A stretch of 64,000 nt of DNA from Clostridiales bacterium (GTDB lineage Bacteria; Bacillota; Clostridia; Christensenellales; Borkfalkiaceae). Within the stretch, counting starts at the first letter, position 1, and each line of letters begins with the position of its first letter. The stretch is from assembly GCA_015055655.1 (NCBI GenBank), contig SVHW01000001.1, positions 15,465 through 79,464 of the forward strand. The letters run 5' to 3'. Under the pieces are notes generated by a model. The model did not search any database. It was not told where the DNA came from and saw nothing but the letters and a program-made list of their open reading frames with translations. Both the position numbers and the translations under genes were made by a program. Positions 9,994 to 20,117 of this stretch are shown piece by piece.

Positions 9994-11310
9994 ATGGCGC
10001 AAAATTATCATATTGTCACCTACGGTTGTCAAATGAACTTACACGAATCGGAGAAAATCGCAGGGATATTAAAGAAAATCGGCTATGAAAACGAAACGAC
10101 GTTGGAAGAGGCGGATATTGTCGTTTTCAACACGTGTTGTATTCGTGAAAACGCTGAAAATCACGCTTTTGGCAATATCGGCGCGTTGAAACAGTTAAAA
10201 CGTAAAAAACCTGATATGATAATTGCCGTCGGCGGTTGTATGACGCAAGAAAAAGGTAAAACAGACGTGTTAAAAAAGAAATTTCCGTTTATCGACGTGA
10301 TGTTCGGTGCGTTAAATATTGAGGAGTTAGAGTCGCTTATTTTACGCAAGCGCCAGCAAAAGAAAAAGATAATTTCTATACGTGAAGAGGCGGGGGAAAT
10401 TATTGAAAATATTCAACCCGTCCGTACCAGTTATCCTAACGCTTGGGTAAATATCACTTACGGTTGCAACAATTTCTGCTCGTATTGTATCGTTCCGTAC
10501 GTACGTGGAAGGGAGCGTTCTCGAAAGCCCGAAAATATTATAAACGAGGTGAAATCTTTAATAGCAGAAGGATATAAGGAAATCACGCTATTGGGGCAAA
10601 ACGTAAATTCTTACGGGGCGGACGGCTCGACGGGGATGGACTTTGCACAGCTTTTGGACGCGGTGGCGTCTATCGAGGGCAAGTTCCGTTTGCGTTTTAT
10701 GACCAGTCATCCAAAGGATTTTACCGAAGACGTAGTTGCGGTGATGGAAAAGCACCGTAAGATATGCAGGCTTGTGCATTTGCCCGTTCAATCGGGTTCG
10801 AATAGCATCTTGCAAGCGATGAATCGCCGTTATACCAGGGAAAAGTATTTAAGCGAGATAGAACTTTTGAAGACGAGATTGCCCGAGGCGGAAGTCACCA
10901 CGGACATTATCGTTGGGTTTCCCGGGGAAACGGAGGAAGACTATTTACAAACGGAAGATTTGGTGAAACGCGTTGATTTTGCCTCGGCGTTTACGTTCGT
11001 CTATTCGCCAAGGCAAGGCACGAAAGCGGCTGCAATGGACAATCAAATAGACGAAGCTACGCAAAAACAGCGGATAATGCGTCTTGTGGAACTTGTCAAC
11101 TTGCTTACTCGTCAAAAATCCGAAAAATACGTTGGAAAAACGGTAGAAATTCTCTGTGAAGATTTTGACGAGAAAAAGGGTATGTATATGGGCAGGGACG
11201 AATTTGGCCGTATGGGCTATTTCCATAGCGAAAAAGATTGCATAGGCAACTTCGTTTTATTGCGAATTATAAAAGCAAACGGGATTTCGCTGTACGGCGA
11301 AATGGTGTAA
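9994..11310 (+). CDS. miaB: tRNA-2-methylthio-N6-dimethylallyladenosine synthase
   Basis: YHIVTYGCQMN start, radical SAM CNNFCSYC, TRAM domain. Lies directly upstream of mutS-mutL-miaA. Confidence 0.9.
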   Translation: MAQNYHIVTYGCQMNLHESEKIAGILKKIGYENETTLEEADIVVFNTCCIRENAENHAFGNIGALKQLKRKKPDMIIAVGGCMTQEKGKTDVLKKKFPFIDVMFGALNIEELESLILRKRQQKKKIISIREEAGEIIENIQPVRTSYPNAWVNITYGCNNFCSYCIVPYVRGRERSRKPENIINEVKSLIAEGYKEITLLGQNVNSYGADGSTGMDFAQLLDAVASIEGKFRLRFMTSHPKDFTEDVVAVMEKHRKICRLVHLPVQSGSNSILQAMNRRYTREKYLSEIELLKTRLPEAEVTTDIIVGFPGETEEDYLQTEDLVKRVDFASAFTFVYSPRQGTKAAAMDNQIDEATQKQRIMRLVELVNLLTRQKSEKYVGKTVEILCEDFDEKKGMYMGRDEFGRMGYFHSEKDCIGNFVLLRIIKANGISLYGEMV

Positions 11311-11339
11311 GGATAATCGGGAAAAGGCAGGTAGATACT

Positions 11340-13934
11340 ATGGCTCTTTCACAAATGATGCAACATTATTTATCGATGAAGGAAAAATATCCTAATTGCG
11401 TGTTATTTTATCGCTTAGGAGATTTTTACGAGATGTTTTTTGAAGATGCGGTAAAGGTATCAAAGCTTCTCGATTTGACGCTTACGGGTAAGGATTGCGG
11501 CTTGGAAGAGCGCGCGCCGATGTGTGGGATTCCTTATCACGCGGCGGAAGGGTATATAGCCAAGCTTGTGGCGGCAGGCGAAAGAGTGGCTGTTTGCGAA
11601 CAGTTATCCGACCCGAAACAAGCCGGTAGAGGGTTGGTGGAACGTGGCGTTGTACGTATCGTATCCGCAGGTACGGTAATCGAAGAAGAATACCTTGATG
11701 AAAAGCGTAATAATTATATAGTCTGCGCCGTGAAAGACGGGGAAAACGTAGCGCTTTCTTGGGCGGATATTACCACGGGCGAATTTTTTGCGGAAGAATT
11801 CGTTGGGGAACTTGCGTTGGAAGACGCTATCGGGGAAATGTTAAAAATGTCGGCTGCGGAAATTATTTGCAACGACGAAATGCTGACGGCGAGCAAAGAC
11901 GCAAAAGAATTAAAACATAATCAGTTGCCGCCTTTTTCCTGCTACGTGCCTTGGGCGTTTAACGTGAAACGCGCGGAAAAGAACCTATTAGAGCAGTTTA
12001 AAGCTCGTTCGCTTGCCCCGTACGGCATTGGTGGACAAGAAGGCTTAATCGTGTCGGCGGGCGCTTTGATAGAATATTTGCGTGACACCCAAAAACACGC
12101 GCTTGCAAACGTAAATTCGATAAGCGTTATCAATCGTGGTAAGCATATGGAATTGGATACGATAGCCGTTAGAAATTTAGAGCTTGTCAAAAACAACGCG
12201 GATAACAAAAAATACGGCACGCTTTTATGGGTGCTCGATAAAACGAAGACGGGGATGGGCGCGCGTCGATTGAATCAAATGCTGCTTTCGCCCTTAAAGG
12301 ATAAAGCGGAAATCGAACGGCGTCAAAAGGGTGTAGAGGAATTGTTTAACGCTGCCGTTGTACGTGTGGCGCTGGCGGAAAATTTATACGAAATCGGCGA
12401 TACCGAGCGTTTGACGGGAAAAATTTCTAATGGAAACTTTAAGCCGAAGCATTGCCTTGCGCTTGCCAACGCACTCACGGCGTTGCCGGCTGTGAAATTT
12501 CAGCTCTCAGGGTTCTCGTCGGAAATTTTGCGAGAAATCAACGCGGATATTTTGGATATGCAATCGTTGGCGCAGCTGCTTATCGCGGCAATTTCTCCTG
12601 ATGCAAGTATGACGACCAAGGACGGTGGATATATCCGCGAAGGGTTTAATGCGGAGTTGGACGAACTTCGTCGTTATAACAAAGGCGCGGTGGAACTTAT
12701 CCGTGATATTGAAACGCGCGAAAGGGAACGCACGGGAATTAAGACGTTAAAAACCGGCTATAATCGCGTATTTGGATATTACATCGAAATCACCAATTCG
12801 TTCAAAGACCAAGCGCCTGCGGATTATATTCGTAAACAAACGTTGACTACGGGTGAAAGGTATATCACAGAAGAATTAAAAGAAATTGAAGAAAAAGTGC
12901 TGACAAGTGGCGAAAAAGCGTTGAAATTGGAAGAGCAAATTTATCAGCGTTTGTTGGAAATCTTGTTGGAAAAACTGCAAGATTTACAAAAAATTTCTTC
13001 TGCGCTTTCTATGCTCGATTGTTTGGTTGCGCTTGCTACGGTGGCAAAAGAACGCCGTTACGTTTGCCCGATTATCAAGGAAAGTGGCGCTCCGCTGGTG
13101 ATAACGGAAGGCAGACACCCCGTCGTTGAGGCAATTTCCAAAGAGAGATTTGTGCCTAACGATACGCTTTTAGATAACGAGGAAAATCGTTGCGCGGTTA
13201 TTACCGGCCCCAATATGGCTGGTAAAAGTACGTATATGCGGCAGGTGGCGTTGATTACGTTGATGGCGCATATCGGTTCGTTTGTTCCGGCAAAAGCCGC
13301 GGAAATTCCAATTACGGATAGAATTTTTACGCGTGTTGGCGCAAGCGATAATTTAATCTTTGACCAAAGTACTTTTATGGTGGAAATGACGGAAGTTGCC
13401 ACGATATTGCGTCGCGCAACCAAAGATAGCCTGTTGGTGTTAGACGAGGTGGGACGTGGGACAAGCACGTACGACGGGCTTTCTATCGCGTGGTCGGTGA
13501 TTGAATTTTTAGCAAACCACGTTCGCGCTAAAACGTTATTTTCTACGCATTATCACGAATTGACGGAATTGGAAACTTCGTTGGACGGCGTGAAAAATTA
13601 TAAAGTTACCGTCAAGGAGCTTGGCGGAGCAATCGTATTTTTGCGTAAAATAGCAAGGGGCGGCGCGCATAGAAGCTTCGGTATCGAAGTTGCGTCGTTG
13701 GCAGGTGTTCCCGCAGAAGTGACGGCACGCGCAAAATTGATATTAAAAGCGTTGGAAAAGAACGATTTAATGGGTGGCAAGAAAAAGCTTGTTATTGAGG
13801 AAGAGGAGCCGTTGGAAAAGAGTTTAACCGAAGTGGAGCAAATTCTTGCACAGACGGACGTAAACTCGCTTTCGCCTATGCAAGCATTGTTATTGCTTAG
13901 TGATTTAAAGGAAAAAATTGTAGAGGGAAACTGA
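11340..13934 (+). CDS. mutS: DNA mismatch repair protein MutS
   Basis: N-terminus MMQHYLSMKEKYP..LFYRLGDFYEMFFEDA, Walker A GPNMAGKST, DEVGRGTSTYDG. ATG 11340 chosen; the track's 11238 start would overlap miaB. Confidence 0.95.
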   Translation: MALSQMMQHYLSMKEKYPNCVLFYRLGDFYEMFFEDAVKVSKLLDLTLTGKDCGLEERAPMCGIPYHAAEGYIAKLVAAGERVAVCEQLSDPKQAGRGLVERGVVRIVSAGTVIEEEYLDEKRNNYIVCAVKDGENVALSWADITTGEFFAEEFVGELALEDAIGEMLKMSAAEIICNDEMLTASKDAKELKHNQLPPFSCYVPWAFNVKRAEKNLLEQFKARSLAPYGIGGQEGLIVSAGALIEYLRDTQKHALANVNSISVINRGKHMELDTIAVRNLELVKNNADNKKYGTLLWVLDKTKTGMGARRLNQMLLSPLKDKAEIERRQKGVEELFNAAVVRVALAENLYEIGDTERLTGKISNGNFKPKHCLALANALTALPAVKFQLSGFSSEILREINADILDMQSLAQLLIAAISPDASMTTKDGGYIREGFNAELDELRRYNKGAVELIRDIETRERERTGIKTLKTGYNRVFGYYIEITNSFKDQAPADYIRKQTLTTGERYITEELKEIEEKVLTSGEKALKLEEQIYQRLLEILLEKLQDLQKISSALSMLDCLVALATVAKERRYVCPIIKESGAPLVITEGRHPVVEAISKERFVPNDTLLDNEENRCAVITGPNMAGKSTYMRQVALITLMAHIGSFVPAKAAEIPITDRIFTRVGASDNLIFDQSTFMVEMTEVATILRRATKDSLLVLDEVGRGTSTYDGLSIAWSVIEFLANHVRAKTLFSTHYHELTELETSLDGVKNYKVTVKELGGAIVFLRKIARGGAHRSFGIEVASLAGVPAEVTARAKLILKALEKNDLMGGKKKLVIEEEEPLEKSLTEVEQILAQTDVNSLSPMQALLLLSDLKEKIVEGN

Positions 13935-13935
13935 T

Positions 13936-16137
13936 ATGGCAAAAATCAATATCTTGCCCGCAAAAGTATATAATCGCATAGCCGCAGGTGAAGTGGTTGA
14001 CCGTCCTTATTCCGTTGTAAAAGAGCTTGTAGAGAACGCGATTGACGCAGGCGCAACGGAGATTGAAATTTCCATTGAAAAAGGCGGAAAACAGCTTATC
14101 CGCGTTGTTGACAACGGCTGTGGTATCGAGCGTGACGATTTACAGTCTGCTTATCTTCCGCACGCAACCAGCAAAATAGCCAAGGCGGAGGATTTGGAAA
14201 ATATTATGACGCTCGGTTTCCGTGGAGAAGCGGTGGCGTCGATTGCCGCTGTTTCGAAAATGTCGATTACGTCCAAAGTTGAGGGCGCAAAATGTTATCG
14301 TTTGGCGTCGAACGGCGGAGAATTGGGCTTTATCCAAGAAGTTTCGGGCGAAAAAGGCACGGTTGTCGAAGTGGAATCTTTATTTTTCAACGCGCCCGTT
14401 CGTTTAAACTTCTTAAAATCCGATAAAGCGGAAGAGGCGGATATTACGACGTTTGTTTCCCGCTTCATCTTAAACCGTCACGATATTGCTTTTACTTACT
14501 ACGTAAACGGTAAAAAAACGTTGCAATCGTTTGGCGGTGGTATGGAAGAAGCGCTTGTATGTGTTTACGGCGCAGGCGTTCGCGCGCAATGTATCGAGCT
14601 TGACGCGGAAAAACACGGTGTAAAAATAAAAGGCTATATCGGCAATCAAAATTTCTCGAAGCCGAATAAAAGCTATCAAAGCGTATTTCTCAACGGCAGA
14701 TATATCTTAAATTCTACCGTTTCCGCAGCGATTTCCGGCGCGTACGCAACGTATTTAATGAAACGGCAATATCCGTTTTACGTCTTGCATATTACTGTCC
14801 CCGCAGGGATTGTGGACGTTAACGTTCACCCTAATAAAGCTGACGTGCGGTTTGCGGATAACGGTGTTATTTACGGCTGTATTTATTCGGTTATCTCCTC
14901 CGTTTTGGACGGCAAAGCAAACGCATTGGAATATATCGTGCCCGAAACGAACGTAGCGCCGATAAAAGAAGAAGTGGATAGCGTAAACGAATTTGCATCT
15001 CGTTTCGACGATATCGGCGGTTTGCAATCCCCTTCGAAATTGCCTGAAAAGTCGGCGAGAAAAACGTTGTCCGAAGAAATTTTAGAAAAAGCGCCTTCGG
15101 TACAGCCGCAAGAACAAAGTTCGGGAAATTCAGTTTTTAGTTTTGATACGCTTACCTATGAAGAAGCGCAAAAGGAGATTGCGGAGTGTGACCCGTTTGG
15201 TAAAAAACAGCGTAAAAAACCGTTTACTCCGACGTCTATGACGCCGCTTCCTCACGAAAACGGATTTATTCCTATGGAAGTTATTCCCGAATTTGATAAA
15301 AACGGCAAAAACGTTGCGCATAAACGGGAAAGTGAGTTTTCCAATCCAAAAAAATGTTCATTAAAGAAAACGGAGGGCGAACCGAAGAAATTATTGGAGA
15401 TTTTCCCTAATGCAGTATATAAACCGCCGTTAGTGCTGCGTTTAGACGACCCTGACGGGGGAAGCGAAAACGACGCAGCTTTGGATGAAAGGGATTATTT
15501 TGAAGAAAATAAACGCTATTTAGCGTCGTTGGAAGAAAAAGCGCAGCAAGAAAAGATAGACGTAATGACATGCAGATACGTTGGAAAGCTGTTCAATACC
15601 TATCTTTTATATCAACGTGATGACGAATTGTTTATCATCGACCAGCACGCCGCGCACGAGCGTTTGCTGTTTGATAAATTAAAAGCAAGTATGCAATCGA
15701 GGAAACACGTATATCAACCGCTGTTAGTGCCGTATGAAATGCATTTAAATGCGTTTGAGGCAACGTTTATTCGTGAGCGATTGGAAGATATTCGTGCGAT
15801 GGGTTTTGAAATTGAAGAAATCGGCGACAACGATTTTGCCGTAAAAGCTGTGCCGGTGGATATTCCAAAAATAGACGTTAATTCTTTCTTTAACCAGATA
15901 TTGGCGGAAATTAACGGCTATCGCGCGATAAAGTTAGAAGAAATATTAAAAGACAAGCTTGCTTCGGCGGCTTGTAAAGCGGCAATCAAAGGCGGTATGG
16001 ATATTTCACGCGCGGAAATCGACGAACTGTTTAAGCAAATGGACGGCGATATGGGTTTAAAATGTCCACACGGTAGACCCGTCGTTGTTAAAATGACAAA
16101 AACACAGCTTGAAAAAATGTTTAAAAGGATAGTATGA
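13936..16137 (+). CDS. mutL: DNA mismatch repair protein MutL
   Basis: GHKL ATPase N-domain (IAAGEVVDRPYSVVKELVENAIDAG, DNGCGI), long low-complexity linker, C-terminal dimerisation/endonuclease domain (DQHAAHERLLF). Confidence 0.93.
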   Translation: MAKINILPAKVYNRIAAGEVVDRPYSVVKELVENAIDAGATEIEISIEKGGKQLIRVVDNGCGIERDDLQSAYLPHATSKIAKAEDLENIMTLGFRGEAVASIAAVSKMSITSKVEGAKCYRLASNGGELGFIQEVSGEKGTVVEVESLFFNAPVRLNFLKSDKAEEADITTFVSRFILNRHDIAFTYYVNGKKTLQSFGGGMEEALVCVYGAGVRAQCIELDAEKHGVKIKGYIGNQNFSKPNKSYQSVFLNGRYILNSTVSAAISGAYATYLMKRQYPFYVLHITVPAGIVDVNVHPNKADVRFADNGVIYGCIYSVISSVLDGKANALEYIVPETNVAPIKEEVDSVNEFASRFDDIGGLQSPSKLPEKSARKTLSEEILEKAPSVQPQEQSSGNSVFSFDTLTYEEAQKEIAECDPFGKKQRKKPFTPTSMTPLPHENGFIPMEVIPEFDKNGKNVAHKRESEFSNPKKCSLKKTEGEPKKLLEIFPNAVYKPPLVLRLDDPDGGSENDAALDERDYFEENKRYLASLEEKAQQEKIDVMTCRYVGKLFNTYLLYQRDDELFIIDQHAAHERLLFDKLKASMQSRKHVYQPLLVPYEMHLNAFEATFIRERLEDIRAMGFEIEEIGDNDFAVKAVPVDIPKIDVNSFFNQILAEINGYRAIKLEEILKDKLASAACKAAIKGGMDISRAEIDELFKQMDGDMGLKCPHGRPVVVKMTKTQLEKMFKRIV

Positions 16138-17039
16138 TGCCCAAAGCGTTGGTAATTTGCGGTGCAACGGCGTCGGGAAAGACTTCCCTTGCGGTTTCCT
16201 GCGCAAAACAATTGAATACGGAGATTGTTTCCGCCGATTCAATGCTCGTGTATAAAGGATTGGATATTGGAACGGCAAAACCTTCTAACAATGAAAAACA
16301 GGGCGTTATTCACCATTTAATCGATGTTGTACAGCCAACGGACGCGTTTTCCGTCAGCGATTATGAAAAAGCGGCGTTGCCTATCGTAGAAAAACTGCTT
16401 GCCGAAGGAAAAACGCCGATTATTTGTGGAGGAACGGGTTTTTATATCCAATCGCTTTTATATAAAAGTCAATTTGGCGGTGTAGGCGCAAACGCGCAAA
16501 TCCGTGAAAAATACGAGCGCTTGGCGGAAGAAAACGGCGTAGAATATGTGCACGGCTTACTTGCCAAGGTCGATAAAGACAGCGCGGAAAAATTGCACGC
16601 AAACGACGTGAAAAGGGTGATACGCGCCTTGGAGATATACGAAATTACGGGCAAGGCAAAATCTGCGCAACAGGATAAACAAATTCCGCGTTTTGATTTT
16701 CTTTCCGTTTCTATCGAATATCCGAGAGAAGTCTTATATCAACGCATCAATCTTCGCGTAGTGCAAATGTTTGAAAACGGGTTATTAGACGAAGTGCAAC
16801 GATTGTTAAACGGCGGTGTAACGACGGATATGCAATGTATGCAAGGGATTGGCTATAAAGAAGTAGCAGAAGGCTTGCAAAACGGCTGGACGGAAGGGGA
16901 AATGATAGAACTTATCCAAAAAAACACTCGAAATTACGCAAAAAGACAGCAAACCTTCTTCAAACGTATGCAAAATCACGTATTTTTATCGCCTAATCAG
17001 GCAACAGCGGAATACGTATTAAACTTATTAAAAGATTAA
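16134..17039 (+). CDS. miaA: tRNA dimethylallyltransferase
   Basis: P-loop GATASGKTSLA, SADSMLVYKGLDIGTAKP, RNYAKRQQTFF. Confidence 0.93.
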   Translation: MMPKALVICGATASGKTSLAVSCAKQLNTEIVSADSMLVYKGLDIGTAKPSNNEKQGVIHHLIDVVQPTDAFSVSDYEKAALPIVEKLLAEGKTPIICGGTGFYIQSLLYKSQFGGVGANAQIREKYERLAEENGVEYVHGLLAKVDKDSAEKLHANDVKRVIRALEIYEITGKAKSAQQDKQIPRFDFLSVSIEYPREVLYQRINLRVVQMFENGLLDEVQRLLNGGVTTDMQCMQGIGYKEVAEGLQNGWTEGEMIELIQKNTRNYAKRQQTFFKRMQNHVFLSPNQATAEYVLNLLKD

Positions 17040-17049
17040 AAATATGTAC

Positions 17050-17116
17050 TATGTCTATCATAATACCTATGTTTGACATAGCTAAAATGTCAGACATAGT
17101 AATTATGTCTGGCATA
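17050..17116. repeat. Four 13-bp palindromes (consensus TATGTCnGACATA) at exact 18-bp phasing in the miaA-downstream intergenic region
   Basis: TATGTCTATCATA at 17050, TATGTTTGACATA at 17068, AATGTCAGACATA at 17086, TATGTCTGGCATA at 17104. Located 23 nt upstream of the next ATG. Confidence 0.85.
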
Positions 17117-17138
17117 ATACATAATCAAAGGAGTTTCC

Positions 17139-18365
17139 ATGACAGCGGAACAGTTAATAGCGGAGGCGGAGGCCTCTTTGCAAGAAAATTTCAAAAAAGC
17201 AGACGAAATCAGCGAATATAATCAAGAAAAAGTATTAAAAGCTTTTAATCAACACGCAATTGCTTTAAGACATTTCAACGGCACGACGGGCTACGGCTAT
17301 GGCGACGACGGGCGTTTTGCCCTTGGCGACGTGTTTGCTAAATCGTTGGGGGCGGAAAGTGGTATCGTTTCTCCTGCGTTGCTTTCGGGCACGCACGCGC
17401 TTTCCGTGGCGTTGTTTGGGGTATTGCGCACAAACGACAGCGTGCTTTGCGTTTCGGGTATGCCTTACGATACGATTCGTGGCGTGATTTTCGGCGAGGG
17501 GAACGGTTCGCTGAAAGATTACGGGATTTACTTTGATTGCGTAGATTTAAACGCCGAAGGCAAATTTGATAAAACGGCTATTGAAAAGGAATACAACCGT
17601 TTGAAAGGCAATTTAAAGATGATTTATATTCAACGTTCGCGCGGGTACGAGCTTCGCGACGCCTTCACGGTGGCGGAAATCGGGGAAATTTGCGATTTTG
17701 TCCGTAACCTTGGTTTCAACGGCTGTATTTTCGTAGATAATTGTTATGGAGAATTCGTAGAAAAGAGCGAACCTTGCGACGTTGGCGCTGACGTAGCCGT
17801 AGGCTCGCTTATCAAAAACCCCGGCGGTGGGCTTGCGCCGACGGGCGGCTATATTGTCGGTAAAGAAAAATATATCGATTTGATTGGTAGAAGGCTCACC
17901 GCACCGTCGATTGGAAACGAAGTTGGTTCTTACGCGTATGGATATCGATTGTTTTATCAAGGCTTATTTTTAGCGCCGCATACGGTTAATCAAGCGATTA
18001 AAGGCAGTTTGGTTATCGGGAAATGTATGGAAAAACTCGGTTATGAAAATTTCCCTAAACTGGATAAAACGCCTGCGGATATTACGCGCGCTATCCGTTT
18101 TGACACGGCTGAGCAGCTTTGCGCGTTTATTCAATCGGTGCAAGAAGCTTCGCCCGTAGATAGTTTTGTTACCTTAGAGCCGTGGGATATGCCTGGCTAT
18201 GACAGTAAAGTGATTATGGCGGCAGGCTGTTTCGTGGAGGGGGCGTCGATAGAGCTTTCTGCAGACGCGCCTGTAAAAGAGCCGTACACAGCGTATTTCC
18301 AAGGCGGTTTAACGTACGAACATTGTAAATACGCCTTAAAGAAAATTTTGGCGAAATTGTTGTAA
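17139..18365 (+). CDS. Methionine gamma-lyase-family PLP protein (YnbB / aluminium-resistance-protein family)
   Basis: Length and overall pattern fit the YnbB-like Cys/Met-metabolism PLP fold family that often follows miaA(-hfq) in Firmicutes. Family call is from memory of the family, not a search. Confidence 0.7.
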   Translation: MTAEQLIAEAEASLQENFKKADEISEYNQEKVLKAFNQHAIALRHFNGTTGYGYGDDGRFALGDVFAKSLGAESGIVSPALLSGTHALSVALFGVLRTNDSVLCVSGMPYDTIRGVIFGEGNGSLKDYGIYFDCVDLNAEGKFDKTAIEKEYNRLKGNLKMIYIQRSRGYELRDAFTVAEIGEICDFVRNLGFNGCIFVDNCYGEFVEKSEPCDVGADVAVGSLIKNPGGGLAPTGGYIVGKEKYIDLIGRRLTAPSIGNEVGSYAYGYRLFYQGLFLAPHTVNQAIKGSLVIGKCMEKLGYENFPKLDKTPADITRAIRFDTAEQLCAFIQSVQEASPVDSFVTLEPWDMPGYDSKVIMAAGCFVEGASIELSADAPVKEPYTAYFQGGLTYEHCKYALKKILAKLL

Positions 18366-18374
18366 GGGCAAAAG

Positions 18375-19328
18375 ATGTTTTTTCCGATACTCAATCAAAT
18401 GGCAATCCTATTTGCGTTTATCGTAATAGGATATCTTTTGTTAAAATGCAAAATTTTGCCAAAAAACAGCGACGTTGTTTTATCAAAGTTGGAAAATTAC
18501 CTGTTTTTGCCTGCGCTGGTATTAGGGGCGTATATTGAAAAATGCACGGTAGAAACGCTGTCGTCCGTATGGAAAACGGTGGTGTTTAGTCTTATCTTGC
18601 TCGTGGTAGTTCTTCCACTTTCTTATTGGATAGCAAAATGGATATATAAAGACGATTACCTTCGTAAAATAGGACAATACGGGTTGACGATATCCAATAT
18701 TTCCTTTCTCGGCAATGCGATAATGATAGCCGTTTTTCCGGAAATCTTTTTCGAGTATTCGATGTTTATCTTGCCCATAGGTTTCCTTTCTTATTTATGG
18801 GGCGTACCTGCGCTGTTGATAGGGAAAAGCAAAGGGGAAAAAAGGAGCGTAAAGGAAACGTTAAAAGCGGTATTCAACCCGACGGTTCTAGCGATGATTG
18901 TAGGGATAATTATAGGACTTATCGGTTGGAAATTGCCTCAAATAGTGGCGTCGGTGATAAACGGCGTGGGCAGTTGTATGTCGCCGATAGCGATGATATT
19001 GACGGGCATAGTGATTGCAAAAGCGAACTTGTTGTCACTGATAAAAAGTTGGCGTTTGTACGTTATTTCCATTGTACGCGTACTCATTTATCCGCTTTTA
19101 TATATCGCCGTTTGTATTTGGTTGCCGATTGGCGGATTTTTCAGCGAAAGCATGCTGATTTGCGGATTGATGACAATGTGTTTGCCAATGGGCTTAAACG
19201 CCGTCGTTATCCCGGCTGCGTATGGCAAAGATACGTCTGCGGCAGCAAGTATGACGCTGATTACGTCGTTGCTCTCGATAGGAAGTATTCCGTTTATGTT
19301 TTGGGTTTTTCAAACGCTCGTGCTATAA
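18375..19328 (+). CDS. AEC (auxin efflux carrier) family permease
   Basis: About 10 TM segments in a two-repeat architecture, with N-terminus and length typical of AEC/malate-permease-like transporters. Confidence 0.75.
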   Translation: MFFPILNQMAILFAFIVIGYLLLKCKILPKNSDVVLSKLENYLFLPALVLGAYIEKCTVETLSSVWKTVVFSLILLVVVLPLSYWIAKWIYKDDYLRKIGQYGLTISNISFLGNAIMIAVFPEIFFEYSMFILPIGFLSYLWGVPALLIGKSKGEKRSVKETLKAVFNPTVLAMIVGIIIGLIGWKLPQIVASVINGVGSCMSPIAMILTGIVIAKANLLSLIKSWRLYVISIVRVLIYPLLYIAVCIWLPIGGFFSESMLICGLMTMCLPMGLNAVVIPAAYGKDTSAAASMTLITSLLSIGSIPFMFWVFQTLVL

Positions 19329-19378
19329 AATCGTTTTTCTACGCAAAATAGAAAGAAATAGGCTGAATTCTACGCTCC

Positions 19379-19402
19379 GTGGGGGCAAAATCCCCGCTTT
19401 TT
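19379..19402 (+). terminator. Weak intrinsic terminator after the AEC permease gene
   Basis: GTGGGG-GCAAAAT-CCCCGC followed by TTTTT. Confidence 0.5.
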
Positions 19403-19429
19403 GTGATAAGATATGTGTGAGGAAAGGAA

Positions 19430-20071
19430 ATGGACCAAAAACTGACAGGACAATTTATTGCAAAAATCCGTAAGGAAAAAGGACTTACCCAAAGACAACT
19501 CGCCGAATTGTTGCTCATTAGCGATAAAACGGTTTCTAAATGGGAAACGGGCGGGGGATTGCCCGAAGTTTCTTTAATGTTGCCACTTTGTAAAATTCTT
19601 GGTATTACGGTAAACGAGCTGTTGTCCGCGGAACGCATTTCCGAAACCGAATACAAAAAGAAAGCGGAGGAAAACTTAATGAATTTAATCGAGGAAAGAA
19701 AAGAAAACAAACGCAAATTATGGCTGGAAGTTGTCATAATGGTAATTACGCTGTTGGGTGGTACAACGATTATTCTGCTGGCTTCCTATTTTGAAATGGC
19801 TATCGGTTGGCGTATCGCGTTGATTTGTATTGGCGTAGCCATTATGGTCGGCGGAATCTCCGTTATGTGCGTGTTAGAACTTAGCGCAGGGGGATATCAG
19901 TGTCAAAAATGCAAAGCGAAATTCGTTCCCTCGTTCGGTGCGTATATAATGGGCGCGCATACGATTATGTACCGTAGATTAAAATGCCCCAAGTGCGGCG
20001 TAAGAAACTGGTGCAAACGCACACTAACCCTTGGCGACGTGGAAGAAGAACCGGAAAACAAGGAAGAATAA
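19430..20071 (+). CDS. XRE-family HTH regulator fused to two TM helices and a C-terminal CxxC...CxxC zinc ribbon
   Basis: HTH_3 motif IRKEKGLTQRQLAELLLISDKTVSKWETG, two hydrophobic helices, CQKC...CPKC. Confidence 0.75.
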   Translation: MDQKLTGQFIAKIRKEKGLTQRQLAELLLISDKTVSKWETGGGLPEVSLMLPLCKILGITVNELLSAERISETEYKKKAEENLMNLIEERKENKRKLWLEVVIMVITLLGGTTIILLASYFEMAIGWRIALICIGVAIMVGGISVMCVLELSAGGYQCQKCKAKFVPSFGAYIMGAHTIMYRRLKCPKCGVRNWCKRTLTLGDVEEEPENKEE

Positions 20072-20078
20072 AAAAACG

Positions 20079-20111
20079 AACCGCCGTTGCGAGTGTATCG
20101 CAACGGCGGTT
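20079..20111. terminator. Bidirectional terminator between the XRE gene and ung
   Basis: AACCGCCGTTGCGA-GTGT-ATCGCAACGGCGGTT, flanked by an A-run and a T-rich tail. Confidence 0.75.
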
Positions 20112-20117
20112 AAAATT

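Noticed and set aside
11238-11339. N-terminal extensions in the ORF track: mutS 11238, ychF 23439, parE 29904, folD 61387, spoIIIAA 55881, flavoprotein 50611, rny 5954, hypothetical 41550.
   Set aside because: The extensions overlap upstream genes or terminators, start at non-ATG codons or lack an RBS, and add residues absent from the conserved N-termini. Downstream ATGs were chosen, with start uncertainty stated.
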